Shown here in pieces: positions 51,144-60,552 of a stretch of 64,000 bases of DNA. Within the stretch, counting starts at the first letter, position 1; each line of letters starts with the position of its first letter. Made by a program: the position numbers and the translations under genes. A model generated the notes under the pieces. It was not told the DNA's origin. It searched no databases and worked only from the letters and a program-made list of their open reading frames with translations. The stretch is from Candidatus Marinacidobacterales bacterium (GTDB taxonomy: Bacteria > Acidobacteriota > Vicinamibacteria > Marinacidobacterales > DATDRI01), in the NCBI GenBank assembly GCA_965219415.1, contig CBDCNP010000002.1, positions 3,712,001-3,776,000 of the forward strand, in the 5' to 3' direction.

Positions 51144-52376
51144 ATGGAGCTCTATGACTTAGGAGATCGCCCACCGCTGGGAGACGTTCCACCGAAGATG
51201 CACGCATTCACCGTACGGCAGGACCGTTTCGGAGAACCGCGCGATGCCTGGAAGCAGGAGGTCATCTCGACGCCCACGATCGGTGATCAAGAAGTTCTCA
51301 TCTACGTCATGGCGACCGGCATCAATTACAACAACGTCTGGGCCGCTCTCGGGAAACCGCTGGACGTGATCGCCGAGCGGCAGAAGAAAGGTGAGGCGGA
51401 AGACTTTCACGCCGGTGGGAGCGACTGTTCGGGGATCGTTTGGAAAGTGGGTGAGAAGGTCACCAACGTCAAACCGGGGGACGAAGTCGTCGCTCATAGC
51501 GGTTGGTGGGAGCCCGACGATCCCTGGGTCTTATCAGGTAAGGACCCGATGCTCGCGGAGAGCACGAGGATCTGGGGCTATCAGACTAACTACGGTAGTT
51601 ACTGCCAATTCGCGCGGGCGCAATCGCATCAATGCCAACCCAAGCCGAAACATCTGACCTGGGAGGCGGCGGGTTGCTACATGCTCTGCGCCTCCACCGC
51701 TTATCGCATGCTGATGGGTTGGCCTCCCAATGTAGTGGAGTCGGGAGACGTGGTGCTGGTTTGGGGTGGCGCGGGTGGACTCGGTAGCCTGGCCCTTCAG
51801 ATTGTCAAAGCGTTGGGTGGCCGGGCCGTCGCGGTGGTATCCGACGATGCGAAGAAACAGTTCTGTCTCGATCACGGAGCGGTCGGGGTCATCAATCGCA
51901 AGAGCTTCGACCACTGGGGGGCGATGCCTGGAACGGCGAGCCCCGACTACGGGGCGTGGGCGAAGGGCGCGCGGTCCTTCGGCAAAGCCATATGGGAGGC
52001 GCTCGGCGAGAGGGCGAATCCACGGATCGTTTTCGAGCACCCGGGTGAGGCAACCCTCCCGACTTCGATCTTCCTCGCCGCTACCGGCGGCATGGTCGTC
52101 ATTTGCGCCGGCACCACCGGGTACACTGCGACCATGGATCTTCGTTATCACTGGATGCGCCAGAAGCGTTTCCAGGGGAGCCACCTGTCCAATGATCAAC
52201 AGGCGGCGGCCATCAATCAGCTCATCATCGACCGCAAAGTGGATCCCTGCCTTTCGAAGACTTTTTCCTTCGACGAGATCGGTGCGGCTCATCAATTGAT
52301 GCATGAGAACCGTCATCCGTACGGAAACATGGCTTGCCTCGTGAATGCGACGGAACTCGGGCAAGGCGCATCGTAG
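51144..52376 (+). CDS. ccr: Crotonyl-CoA carboxylase/reductase family enoyl-CoA reductase
   Basis: [60 protein letters not shown]. Confidence 0.9.
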   Translation: MELYDLGDRPPLGDVPPKMHAFTVRQDRFGEPRDAWKQEVISTPTIGDQEVLIYVMATGINYNNVWAALGKPLDVIAERQKKGEAEDFHAGGSDCSGIVWKVGEKVTNVKPGDEVVAHSGWWEPDDPWVLSGKDPMLAESTRIWGYQTNYGSYCQFARAQSHQCQPKPKHLTWEAAGCYMLCASTAYRMLMGWPPNVVESGDVVLVWGGAGGLGSLALQIVKALGGRAVAVVSDDAKKQFCLDHGAVGVINRKSFDHWGAMPGTASPDYGAWAKGARSFGKAIWEALGERANPRIVFEHPGEATLPTSIFLAATGGMVVICAGTTGYTATMDLRYHWMRQKRFQGSHLSNDQQAAAINQLIIDRKVDPCLSKTFSFDEIGAAHQLMHENRHPYGNMACLVNATELGQGAS

Positions 52377-52398
52377 ATCCCCCCCCCTTTGTGAAGAT

Positions 52399-52914
52399 TT
52401 GAAGCTCGATAAGGCTCTCTTCGCACTCGTGCTGGCCCTTTGTGCGGTAGTCGGCGCGCTGATGTTCGTTCCCGACCGGCCGGATTACCACGGCATCACC
52501 CACCCGGATTTCCCGAGCATGTTGCAAGGCGGTCCCGGCGCGGAGCGGCACGCGCGCGTCCTAGGGCTCGGATGGGCCTTCGGTGTGGTGCAACTCGTAT
52601 TCTTCGCCTGCCTCATCGCCTTCGGCGCGCGAAAGCAACAAAGTCTCCGCGGACTCGGGAAGCCGCTTCTCTTCGGCCTAGCGGCGCACACGATCGTCTG
52701 GACACTTTGTGTTCTTACCTATCGTATGTACTTGACCGAGCCCACGCACGCGCTCGTACTCGGGCTTCCGATATCGACCGCGATCATGGCGTACGGAATG
52801 TGGCTCACCCCGGTCATCTACACGTTTCTCTTCGTGTTCGGCTTCAAGCGTTGGTACCTCACTGAACAAGACCTCGCTGCTTTCGATCGTTTGATGGAAA
52901 GCAAAAGGCGGTGA
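52399..52914 (+). CDS. Hypothetical 4-TM membrane protein coupled to an SSS transporter
   Basis: Four hydrophobic segments; GTGA overlap with the next gene; start estimated. Confidence 0.7.
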   Translation: MKLDKALFALVLALCAVVGALMFVPDRPDYHGITHPDFPSMLQGGPGAERHARVLGLGWAFGVVQLVFFACLIAFGARKQQSLRGLGKPLLFGLAAHTIVWTLCVLTYRMYLTEPTHALVLGLPISTAIMAYGMWLTPVIYTFLFVFGFKRWYLTEQDLAAFDRLMESKRR

Positions 52915-54404
52915 TGGAAGCGCTGCGAAACCCCATCATTTTAGGGAGCGTGGCTCTCTATATGGCCATGTGCATAGGCGTGGGGATCTGGGCGCTCCGA
53001 CGCACCAAATCATCACGCGACTTTTTCATGGCCGGCCGCAACCTCGGCATGCTCGTAACCGGCGTGGCTCTCTTCTCGAGCATGATGAGTGGCTTCGGTT
53101 TCGTCGGTGGGCCGGGTCTCGTGTACCTCATGGGGATGAGCTCGGTGTGGATGATCACGACGATTGCCATCGGATGGGCGGTCACCGATTTTTTGGTCGC
53201 AAAACGTCTACGGGTCTTTGCGGGCGTCTTCGACACCATCTCCCTCCCCGATGCGGTGGCGGCCCGATACGGTAGCGAGACCAGCCGCCTTCTCACTTCG
53301 GTTGCCCTCCTCTTGGGGGTCATGGGCTACCTAGCTACACAGATACTCGCCATGGCGATCGTCCTCCAAACGATCCTCCAAAACGCGATCGGCGAGATCG
53401 GACTCGTGACCTGCGCGGCGATCGGCTGTGCGGTCCTCGTTTTCTACAGTGTCACCGGGGGGATCATCGCGTCCGTCTACACCGATATCGTGCAGGGCAC
53501 GGTGATGGTCGTGGCGGGCGTCCTCATTTTCTTCACCGCCCTCTCCGTCTTCGAAGGCGGAGGGAGCGCGGCAACGACGGCGATCATGAACGATGATCCT
53601 GAGGCGATCGGCACCTGGGGAACACTGGGCATGATGGGTTGTCTCTCGTGGTTCTTCATGTTCACCGTGGGCAGCGCCGGACAACCACATATCGTCACCA
53701 AAGGTATGATGATCCGGCGCCTCCAAGACTATCAGTTCATTCCACTCATTTCGGTTTTCGGATATACAATGACCGCATTGCTCTGGGTCGGCATCGGGCT
53801 CGTGATGCGGGCACTGGTACTCCAGGGAGCTCACCCCGAGCTCGCGACCGCCGACGCCGCGGCGCCGGAGTTTCTCCAGCACTACGCCCATCCAATTCTC
53901 GCCGGTTTGGTTTTCGCGGCGCTCTTCGCCGCCATCATGTCGACGGCAGACGCTTTCCTCAATATCGGGGCCGCCGCCGTCGTCCACGATATCCCGCGAG
54001 CGATCCTCCGCCGCCCCCTCGCGAACGAGCTCTTCTGGGCCCGCGTCGGTACCGTGGTCATCGCGGTCGTGGCCCTACTCTTCGCGATGTACTCCTACTA
54101 TGAGAATGCTCGCTTCGTCGCTTTGCTAGGTGCTTTCGGATGGGGCACTTTCGGAGCCGCCCTCGTGCCCACCGTCGCCATAGGGTTCAATTGGAAACGG
54201 GCTACCTCCTTCGCCGCCAACATTGCGATCGTATCGAGCCTGCTCGTGAACTTCGGTATCGAAGTCTTCGATGTTAGAATCCCTCACAACATTCATGGCG
54301 GAACGCTCTCCCTACTTGTTTCACTGCTTCTTTTCTTCGGAATCTCTTTTGCTTCGACCCCACCAAAGTTGGATCCAGACGTCGAAGCGGCAATGGATAT
54401 CTGA
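52911..54404 (+). CDS. Sodium:solute symporter family protein
   Basis: DFFMAGR, SGFGFVGGPG, GGIIASVYTD, GQPH, AAIMSTAD. Confidence 0.9.
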   Translation: MMEALRNPIILGSVALYMAMCIGVGIWALRRTKSSRDFFMAGRNLGMLVTGVALFSSMMSGFGFVGGPGLVYLMGMSSVWMITTIAIGWAVTDFLVAKRLRVFAGVFDTISLPDAVAARYGSETSRLLTSVALLLGVMGYLATQILAMAIVLQTILQNAIGEIGLVTCAAIGCAVLVFYSVTGGIIASVYTDIVQGTVMVVAGVLIFFTALSVFEGGGSAATTAIMNDDPEAIGTWGTLGMMGCLSWFFMFTVGSAGQPHIVTKGMMIRRLQDYQFIPLISVFGYTMTALLWVGIGLVMRALVLQGAHPELATADAAAPEFLQHYAHPILAGLVFAALFAAIMSTADAFLNIGAAAVVHDIPRAILRRPLANELFWARVGTVVIAVVALLFAMYSYYENARFVALLGAFGWGTFGAALVPTVAIGFNWKRATSFAANIAIVSSLLVNFGIEVFDVRIPHNIHGGTLSLLVSLLLFFGISFASTPPKLDPDVEAAMDI

Positions 54405-54603
54405 TGCAACGGAAACTCATGAACCTCTCATTGATTCCTATCTCCATCCTCGTGTCCACCCTCTTCGCAAAGCCGTCATTTCGAAAGTGTGCCAATCTTA
54501 GTTGGGAATTGAAACGGCTCCAAACCCCGTGGTTTGATGGCGTTGGACAAAACAAAATCAAGCCGCGAAGAAAGGAGCCGAGATCCGGAATCCGAATCTG
54601 GTA

Positions 54604-55029
54604 CCTTACGGCGGTTCCGGCCTCGTCTGCACCGTCGGCGACTTCTTGCGTTTCGCGCAGATGCTCGCCAACGGTGGGGTGCTGGACGGGGTGCGGATTC
54701 TTGGGCGGAAGACCGTGGACTTCATGATGCTCGACCATTTGGGACCCGAGCTCGGGCCCGCACCGCTCGGCGAGGCGGCGGGTTGGTACGGGATGAGCCC
54801 CGAAGGCTTGGGCTTCGGGCTTGGTGGCTCCGTCGTCCGCAGCGTCGCTCAGAACTCCTTGATCGGCTCGACCGGCGACTTTTCCTGGGGCGGGGCGGCC
54901 AGTACTTACTTTTGGATCGATCGGAGCGAAGAGCTCATCGCCGTGCAGTTCACCCAACTCATGCCGTCTGACAAGTATCCGATTCGTGCCGAGATGAAGA
55001 TCCTCACGAATCAAGCCATCATCGACTGA
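54604..55029 (+). pseudogene. Serine hydrolase (EstB-like) C-terminal fragment
   Basis: GGSGLVCTVGDFLRFAQMLANGG, GFGLG, FSWGGAASTYFWID; N-terminus absent. Confidence 0.75.
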
Positions 55030-55089
55030 ACGCAAGAGGCGCAGAATATGGCGCGAGACGTTTTCGCCCCCCGACTGAGCATCGGATGC

Positions 55090-56107
55090 GTTTGAGCTTG
55101 CTTAACGTCCCAAGGGGTGTCGTCTCGGTCATCCCCCACGCCTGGATGATCTCGATACCGTGACGATCGAATGCCCGGATCAATGTTTCGGGAACGGCGG
55201 CTCCTCCCACCAGAGCGCGCATTCCCGGACTAAGGGTCCAGCGTTCCGGTGTCTTGTCCAACTCTTGCACCATCCCGAGCCAGATGGTGGGAACGCCCGC
55301 CGTGAGAGTGACCTTCTCTTTTTCGTATAGATCCAGGAGACTGGGTGGGTCCAAGTGCGGACCGGGGAACACCAGCTTGCCACCCACCAGAGTCACGGTG
55401 AAGGGAAGGCCCCAACAGTTGACGTGGAACATCGGCACCACCGGTAAGACGACATCCCGCTGGGAAAGTCCCATCATGTCTTCGAGGGCACAGGCGAACG
55501 AGTGCAGCACGAGGGCGCGATGCGAGTACAGGACGCCCTTGGGACGGCCCGTGGTGCCCGACGTGTAACAGAGGCCCGCCGCATCGTTCTCGTCGAGCTC
55601 TGGCTCCTCCAAGTCTCCGGTGACACGATCCAGTAGCTCTTCGTAGCTCTCATAGCCTTCGGGGATCGCGTTCTCCGTATGAGAAACAACGAAGACACGT
55701 TCGAACTTCACGCGGCCAGAGAACCTCTCGAACAATGGCAGCAAGACGTCATCGACGATCAGAAACCGATCTTCGGCGTGCTCGACGATGTAGACCAGAT
55801 CGTCCGGGTGGAAGCGAAGGTTCAGCGTGTGGAAGACGCCACCCGCAGCTGGAATGCCGAAGTAGGTCTCCAGGTGGGCGTGGTGGTTCCACATGAACGT
55901 CGCCACGCGATCACCGCGGTTGAGGCCCGCCGCGAGAAGTCCCTCGCTCAGGGCCCGGGACCGACGCTCAATGTCCGCGTAGGTGTGCCGCCGGAGAGAC
56001 TTGTCGGGTTCTTGGGAAACGACCTCGACCCGGGCGAAGAGCTTAGCGGCGCGTCTGAGGAGGTGTGTCAAGGTCAGAGGGTAGTTCATCATGGCGCCTT
56101 GCATTCG
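55090..56107 (-). pseudogene. Acyl-CoA synthetase (AlkK/DmdB-like), C-terminally truncated
   Basis: MQGAMMNYPLT, YTSGTTGRPKGV, PMFHVNCWG, QAWGMTETTP, then homology ends; the GD/DRxKD/GK motifs are missing. Confidence 0.8.
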
Positions 56108-56134
56108 ATCCTTCATTTGTGCCCCAATGCGCGC

Positions 56135-56221
56135 TCACTCCTCGTTCGCGCGCTTGGCGCCTCGCTCCTCGCTCGGCTTCCCGTCGTCGGCCCACTCGGG
56201 CCGGGCTCGCTCCGCTCGCGC
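56135..56221. repeat. REP-like low-complexity CTCGCT-rich intergenic element
   Basis: CTCACTCCTCGTTCGC / CTCGCTCCTCGCTCGG / CTCGCTCCGCTCGC units with the hairpin GGCCC-actc-GGGCC. Confidence 0.35.
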
Positions 56222-56431
56222 AGGGTGCAGTGAAACTATTGGCACCCTGCTAGTTGGAATCGGATTCTATAACTCATGTGACTTCCTCGGCAATCTGACT
56301 TTCATCCGCTGCAGATAACTGACGAAGCTGACTCCGACCGGAAGGGCTAAGATCTTCCACCGAACTCTGGAAGCTCTAGGAAGGGACATGGTGGAGGGGA
56401 TAGGCGGCAGAAAGAGGGTCGATCCGTCTTA

Positions 56432-57055
56432 CTACGGACCCACCCATTCGACGTAGGCGTACTCGCCGCTCTTGCCCGAAAGATCCCAATTACGGCCCCA
56501 GTCCCGAAAGCGGCTCTTGGTCCCGGTACAGACGACGACGTCGGGCGACATCCAGTAATTGGTGTTGCTGATCTCGGTAACTCCCAGCCCCCCGGCGCCG
56601 ACGATGGGCTCGATGAAGCCGTCGATCGTCTTTGGAATGGCTACACGCCATCCTCTGCCTTTCTTCTCGAAGGTGATGGGCACTTGCTTGGTGCCGAGAA
56701 AGTTGGCGATCATGATCCGGAACCAACTGACCGGACCACCCGCCTGGCCGGAAAGGATGTCGGTCATTGCCTTGGCGGCGGCGGGACTCGCCTGATCGTC
56801 GATGTAGAGAGCGAAGGTCCAACCACCTTCGGCGAGAGGCCCTGGTACATCCATCAAGACCGCGGCCTTTAGGCCGTCCAGCTTCTCGTCACCGGCATGC
56901 CCCTTGTGTACGTTGAGTGCCCACCAAGTCTGACAAACACCCTGGCTGGGCTTCGCCTTGCCGAGGGAAATCACACAAGGACAAAACACATCACAGTTGC
57001 AACTAAGTGCAAGCTCTCCTTTGATTTTCCAGGGTGCCACTTCTTTCTTCTTCAC
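56432..57055 (-). CDS. DUF1326 family protein
   Basis: W.IKGE..SCNCDVFCPC..P..G.C; YIDDQAS; DWGRNWD.SGK. Confidence 0.88.
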   Translation of the reverse strand: MKKKEVAPWKIKGELALSCNCDVFCPCVISLGKAKPSQGVCQTWWALNVHKGHAGDEKLDGLKAAVLMDVPGPLAEGGWTFALYIDDQASPAAAKAMTDILSGQAGGPVSWFRIMIANFLGTKQVPITFEKKGRGWRVAIPKTIDGFIEPIVGAGGLGVTEISNTNYWMSPDVVVCTGTKSRFRDWGRNWDLSGKSGEYAYVEWVGP

Positions 57056-57082
57056 TCCGTTCCTTTCGTCGCTACGCTGACG

Positions 57083-57883
57083 TTACTTCACTAGACCCAA
57101 CTGCAACAAGTACACGCCCCAACCTACGAACACCAACCCCGCCAATCGCCCGATCTTGTCCCCCGATGGAGCCAACTTTTCGACGAGAACGAAGGCCGCG
57201 ATCGCCGCCAGCCATAGAAGATTCATGACCCCGGCGACGAACATCAGGGCCATCAACGCCCAGCAGCAACCCACGCAGAACGCCCCGTGCTCGAGCCCCA
57301 TCCTTAGGGCCCCCGATCTTCCGGACCGCCACGAGGTCATGAAAAAAGCTAGAGGAGATCGGCAGTGGGTCAAGCACGCATACTTGAGTCGACTCCATTG
57401 AAACGCACCCGCCACGATCAACACGACCCCGCCGAAGATCGCGTTGGCGCTCACTCCCGCGGCGGAAAGAAGCGCCGCCTGGTGGAGGCCCCACTGCGCC
57501 AACGTGCCAACCGCGCTGAAACCGGTCCACGCGACGAGGTAGCCCGTCAAGAACGCCGCGGTGGGAGAGAAGGGTTCGCGTTCCGTTTGTTGCTTTCGAT
57601 TTATCTTTGCGAAGGCCAGAATCATCTGCGAGGCTGACGGCACCATCATCGCGACCATCATGACCGTCCACATCACGAACAGAAACAGGAGGTCCTCGAA
57701 ACTCCACGCTTTCATGTGCGGAAGGGCGTTGCTCTCGCCGACGACGGTGTGAGCGGGGCTCGAGGCCAGGTGGGCGGTGTAAGCCCAAGCAAGCAGCGAC
57801 AAGCCGACGAGGCCACCCATCACGACCGCGCGGTCGCGACTCAATACCGATTCAACGGCCGTAACCCGCTGCTCCGTAACCAT
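57083..57883 (-). CDS. DUF2182 family metal-binding integral membrane protein
   Basis: MWTVMMVAMMVPS, FQWSRLKYACLTHCRSP, CVGCCWALM, GVMN, EK. Confidence 0.9.
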   Translation of the reverse strand: MVTEQRVTAVESVLSRDRAVVMGGLVGLSLLAWAYTAHLASSPAHTVVGESNALPHMKAWSFEDLLFLFVMWTVMMVAMMVPSASQMILAFAKINRKQQTEREPFSPTAAFLTGYLVAWTGFSAVGTLAQWGLHQAALLSAAGVSANAIFGGVVLIVAGAFQWSRLKYACLTHCRSPLAFFMTSWRSGRSGALRMGLEHGAFCVGCCWALMALMFVAGVMNLLWLAAIAAFVLVEKLAPSGDKIGRLAGLVFVGWGVYLLQLGLVK

Positions 57884-57945
57884 TTTGCTTCCGATGAGTA
57901 CTCTTTCCCTGCGGGTGTGTCAACTTGAAGGCGCGGAGTTAACCA

Positions 57946-59217
57946 CTAATCACTATCCTTCTCGAACCGAGACAACGAGAAAAACGGATCGGGCGATCGT
58001 TTCCCGAGCACGAGATCGGCGAGCTGCTCGCCCACCGCGGGGCCGTGCTTGAAACCATGCCCTGAGCCACCTCCTACCAGCCATACGTTCTCCAACTGTG
58101 GATGGCGATCGAGTATGAAGCGTGTGTCCGGACTGTTCTCGTACTGACACACCCGTGCCTCGAGAAGGGGCGCTCCCTTGAGCCCTGGGAATCGGAACTC
58201 GATGTAGTCGCGCGCCGCCGCCAGCGACGCAGGCGAGTAGGTTCTTTCACCTTCCGTGGGATCGAATGGCTGGCCACGACTATCGTCTGCGATCTTGAAC
58301 CCCCGCCACTCGCTTCCCGGAATGCCGTAGAAGATTCGCTCGCCGTTGTCGATCCATACCGGAAGGTTCGCCGCGGAGTAGCGATCGTCTCCGGGCGGCG
58401 TGCCGAAGTAGAAGACTTCCTGTCGCGTCGGCCGGATGCGATCTCCTAGGACATCGGGGAAAAGCTTGCCGAGCCAAGGGCCACAGGCGAAGACATATTG
58501 GTCCGCGACGAGGGACGAACCGTCCGCGAGCACGACCCCTGCCAACTTTCCGTTCGCACCGGCTTTCGGTTGGGCGGCACTCTGGCGGTACTCTCCTCCC
58601 TCGGCGAGGAAACCTTCGAGCACCGCGGCGCAAGCCCGACGTGCCAGCAGGTAGCCCGCGTCTTCCTCTGTGATCGCCCAGCGGACGCCCTCGAAATTGA
58701 CTTGAGGGAACCGTCGTCGCGCCTCGGCCACGTCGAGCTCCTCGAATCGAAGACCGGCGTCGCGCAGTAGCGGCAACGATGCCTTTTCGTAGGCGTCGTC
58801 GTCACCCACCATCCAGAGCATACCGTTCGGTCGATAGAGCCGACGGTTCCATAGTTTCTCGTTCTCTCTCCAGAGCGCGAGCGAACGAGCCACCATCTCC
58901 ACATAGATCCGATCCGGACCATAGGTCCCTCGAATGACCCGCGTCTCGCCCCCCGAGCTCGCCCGGGCGTTTCCCGGTCCCCAGGTGTCAAGCAGAGTGA
59001 CCTTGGCACCGCTCCTCAAGAGATGAAGCGCGGTCCAACCCCCAAACGATCCCGCGCCCACCACAACGACGCGAGGACCTTGGCGCTTCACAAGCTTAGC
59101 CGGCCCACCCAGCGCTCGGAATCCTGGAATCATCCCCACCGCGGCGCTTGCCTTCAGTACCGACCGGCGGGACACCCCGCGCCCCTTTCGCCTAGAACCA
59201 CTACCTTTGTTCGCCAT
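57946..59217 (-). CDS. Monomeric sarcosine oxidase/SolA-like FAD oxidase with twin-arginine leader
   Basis: SRRSVLKASAAVG; GAGSFG; SSGGETRVIR; VCQYENSPD; GGGSGHGFKHGPAVG. Confidence 0.85.
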   Translation of the reverse strand: MANKGSGSRRKGRGVSRRSVLKASAAVGMIPGFRALGGPAKLVKRQGPRVVVVGAGSFGGWTALHLLRSGAKVTLLDTWGPGNARASSGGETRVIRGTYGPDRIYVEMVARSLALWRENEKLWNRRLYRPNGMLWMVGDDDAYEKASLPLLRDAGLRFEELDVAEARRRFPQVNFEGVRWAITEEDAGYLLARRACAAVLEGFLAEGGEYRQSAAQPKAGANGKLAGVVLADGSSLVADQYVFACGPWLGKLFPDVLGDRIRPTRQEVFYFGTPPGDDRYSAANLPVWIDNGERIFYGIPGSEWRGFKIADDSRGQPFDPTEGERTYSPASLAAARDYIEFRFPGLKGAPLLEARVCQYENSPDTRFILDRHPQLENVWLVGGGSGHGFKHGPAVGEQLADLVLGKRSPDPFFSLSRFEKDSD

Positions 59218-59292
59218 CGGCCCTCCTCGTTCCCCGAAAGCCTATGCTCGGTTATACCTGCCGTCCACCCTCCCACCGCCACGTATTAAGGT

Positions 59293-59330
59293 TTGTCCAT
59301 AATATGTAAAATTTTTCACAATATGGACAG
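59293..59330. promoter_or_regulatory. AT-rich tandem palindromic operator between divergent genes
   Basis: TTGTCCATAATATGTAAA-ATTTTTCACAATATGGACAG; outer TGTCCATA/TATGGACA is a perfect inverted repeat. Confidence 0.55.
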
Positions 59331-60463
59331 GAACTACACAACGGTCGTGAGCTCACCCGCCGTGGAGACGCGCCGGCCATTCGAACAATCCTCGACCCTT
59401 CCAGGCGAGTTCTACCATTCTTCGGAGATCCTTTCCGCAGAGCTCGACCGGATCTTTCGCGAGAACGTGGATCGCCGTCGGCCGCGAGGAAGACATTTCC
59501 GAGCCGGGGAGCTACTTCACTCGCGAAATCGGTAGGGAATCCATCGTTTTGCTACGTGATGACGGCGGTGAACCAAGAGCGTTCTTCAACGTCTGCCGGC
59601 ACCGGGGTGCCAACCTCTTGGAAAGCTGTGACGGAGCCAGGCTCACGAAAATCCAGTGCCCTTACCACGCCTGGACCTACGGTCTCGATGGGCGTCTCGC
59701 CGCCGCTCCCCTCATGGAGTCGACACCCGGTTTCTCGAAGGACGACTACCCGCCGGTTCCGGCAAAGGTCGAGACATGGGAAGGCTTTCTCTTCGTGAAC
59801 TTAGATGTCGGTGCGGGGCCTCTCGAGCGACAACTCGCTGGCTTTCCCGACATCTCGCGCTTTCAGCTTCCACGGCTGCGCCGGGGAGGCCGCATCGCCT
59901 ACGATGTCGCCGCCAACTGGAAGCTCATTGGCGAGAACTACAACGAGTGCTACCACTGTGCTCTCGCGCATCCCCAACCTCATCGTATCAGCCACTATCA
60001 GAGTGGGGGCAGAACACACACCGGCTTGAACTTCACCGGCGGCCCGATGACCCTCAACGAGGGGTTTAAGACCATGACCATGAGCGGGAAGAGCACCCGC
60101 CCTCCCATTCCGGATCTCGATCCGGAGGATCATCGGACCGTTCACTACTTCCACCTCTACCCAGGCCTTCTTCTCAGTCTCCATCCTGACTACGTCTTGA
60201 CGCACACCGTCTGGCCGGTCGATACATCCCGGAGCCGCGTAATCTGTGAATGGCTCTTCACGCAGGACGCCATGGGTCGAGAAGACTTCGACGGAGGCGA
60301 CGCCATCGAGTTCTGGGACGTCACCAATCGACAAGACTGGGAACTCTGCGGGATCGCTCAAAAAGGAGTCCAGTCCCGAGGCTACCGGCCCGGCCGCTAT
60401 CAAGCGGGCGAGAGCTCGGTCCACGCCTTCGACAACTGGTACCTCGGCCAACTGGAGCGCTAA
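59323..60463 (+). CDS. Rieske oxygenase alpha subunit (glycine betaine/choline/stachydrine N-demethylase-like), frameshift near 59468
   Basis: TLPGEFYHS; CRHRG..CPYHAWTY; NWKLIGENYNECYHC..HP; FWDVTNRQDW..Q.G. Confidence 0.88.
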
Positions 60464-60552
60464 CGAGCCGAGCCCTCTCGGCGCTGGCATCGAAGCCCGT
60501 ACTTGTGGTACTGAAACCAGCCGCAGGTGATGATCCTTCAAAGGAGACGGAA

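Noticed and set aside
56388-56428. TGGTGGAGGGG resembling a tRNA/tmRNA 3' end (att site)
   Set aside because: No T-arm or cloverleaf and no integrase nearby.
60250-60552. Extension of the GcvT ORF
   Set aside because: Overlaps the Rieske gene; a strong AAGGAG RBS precedes the ATG at 60553.
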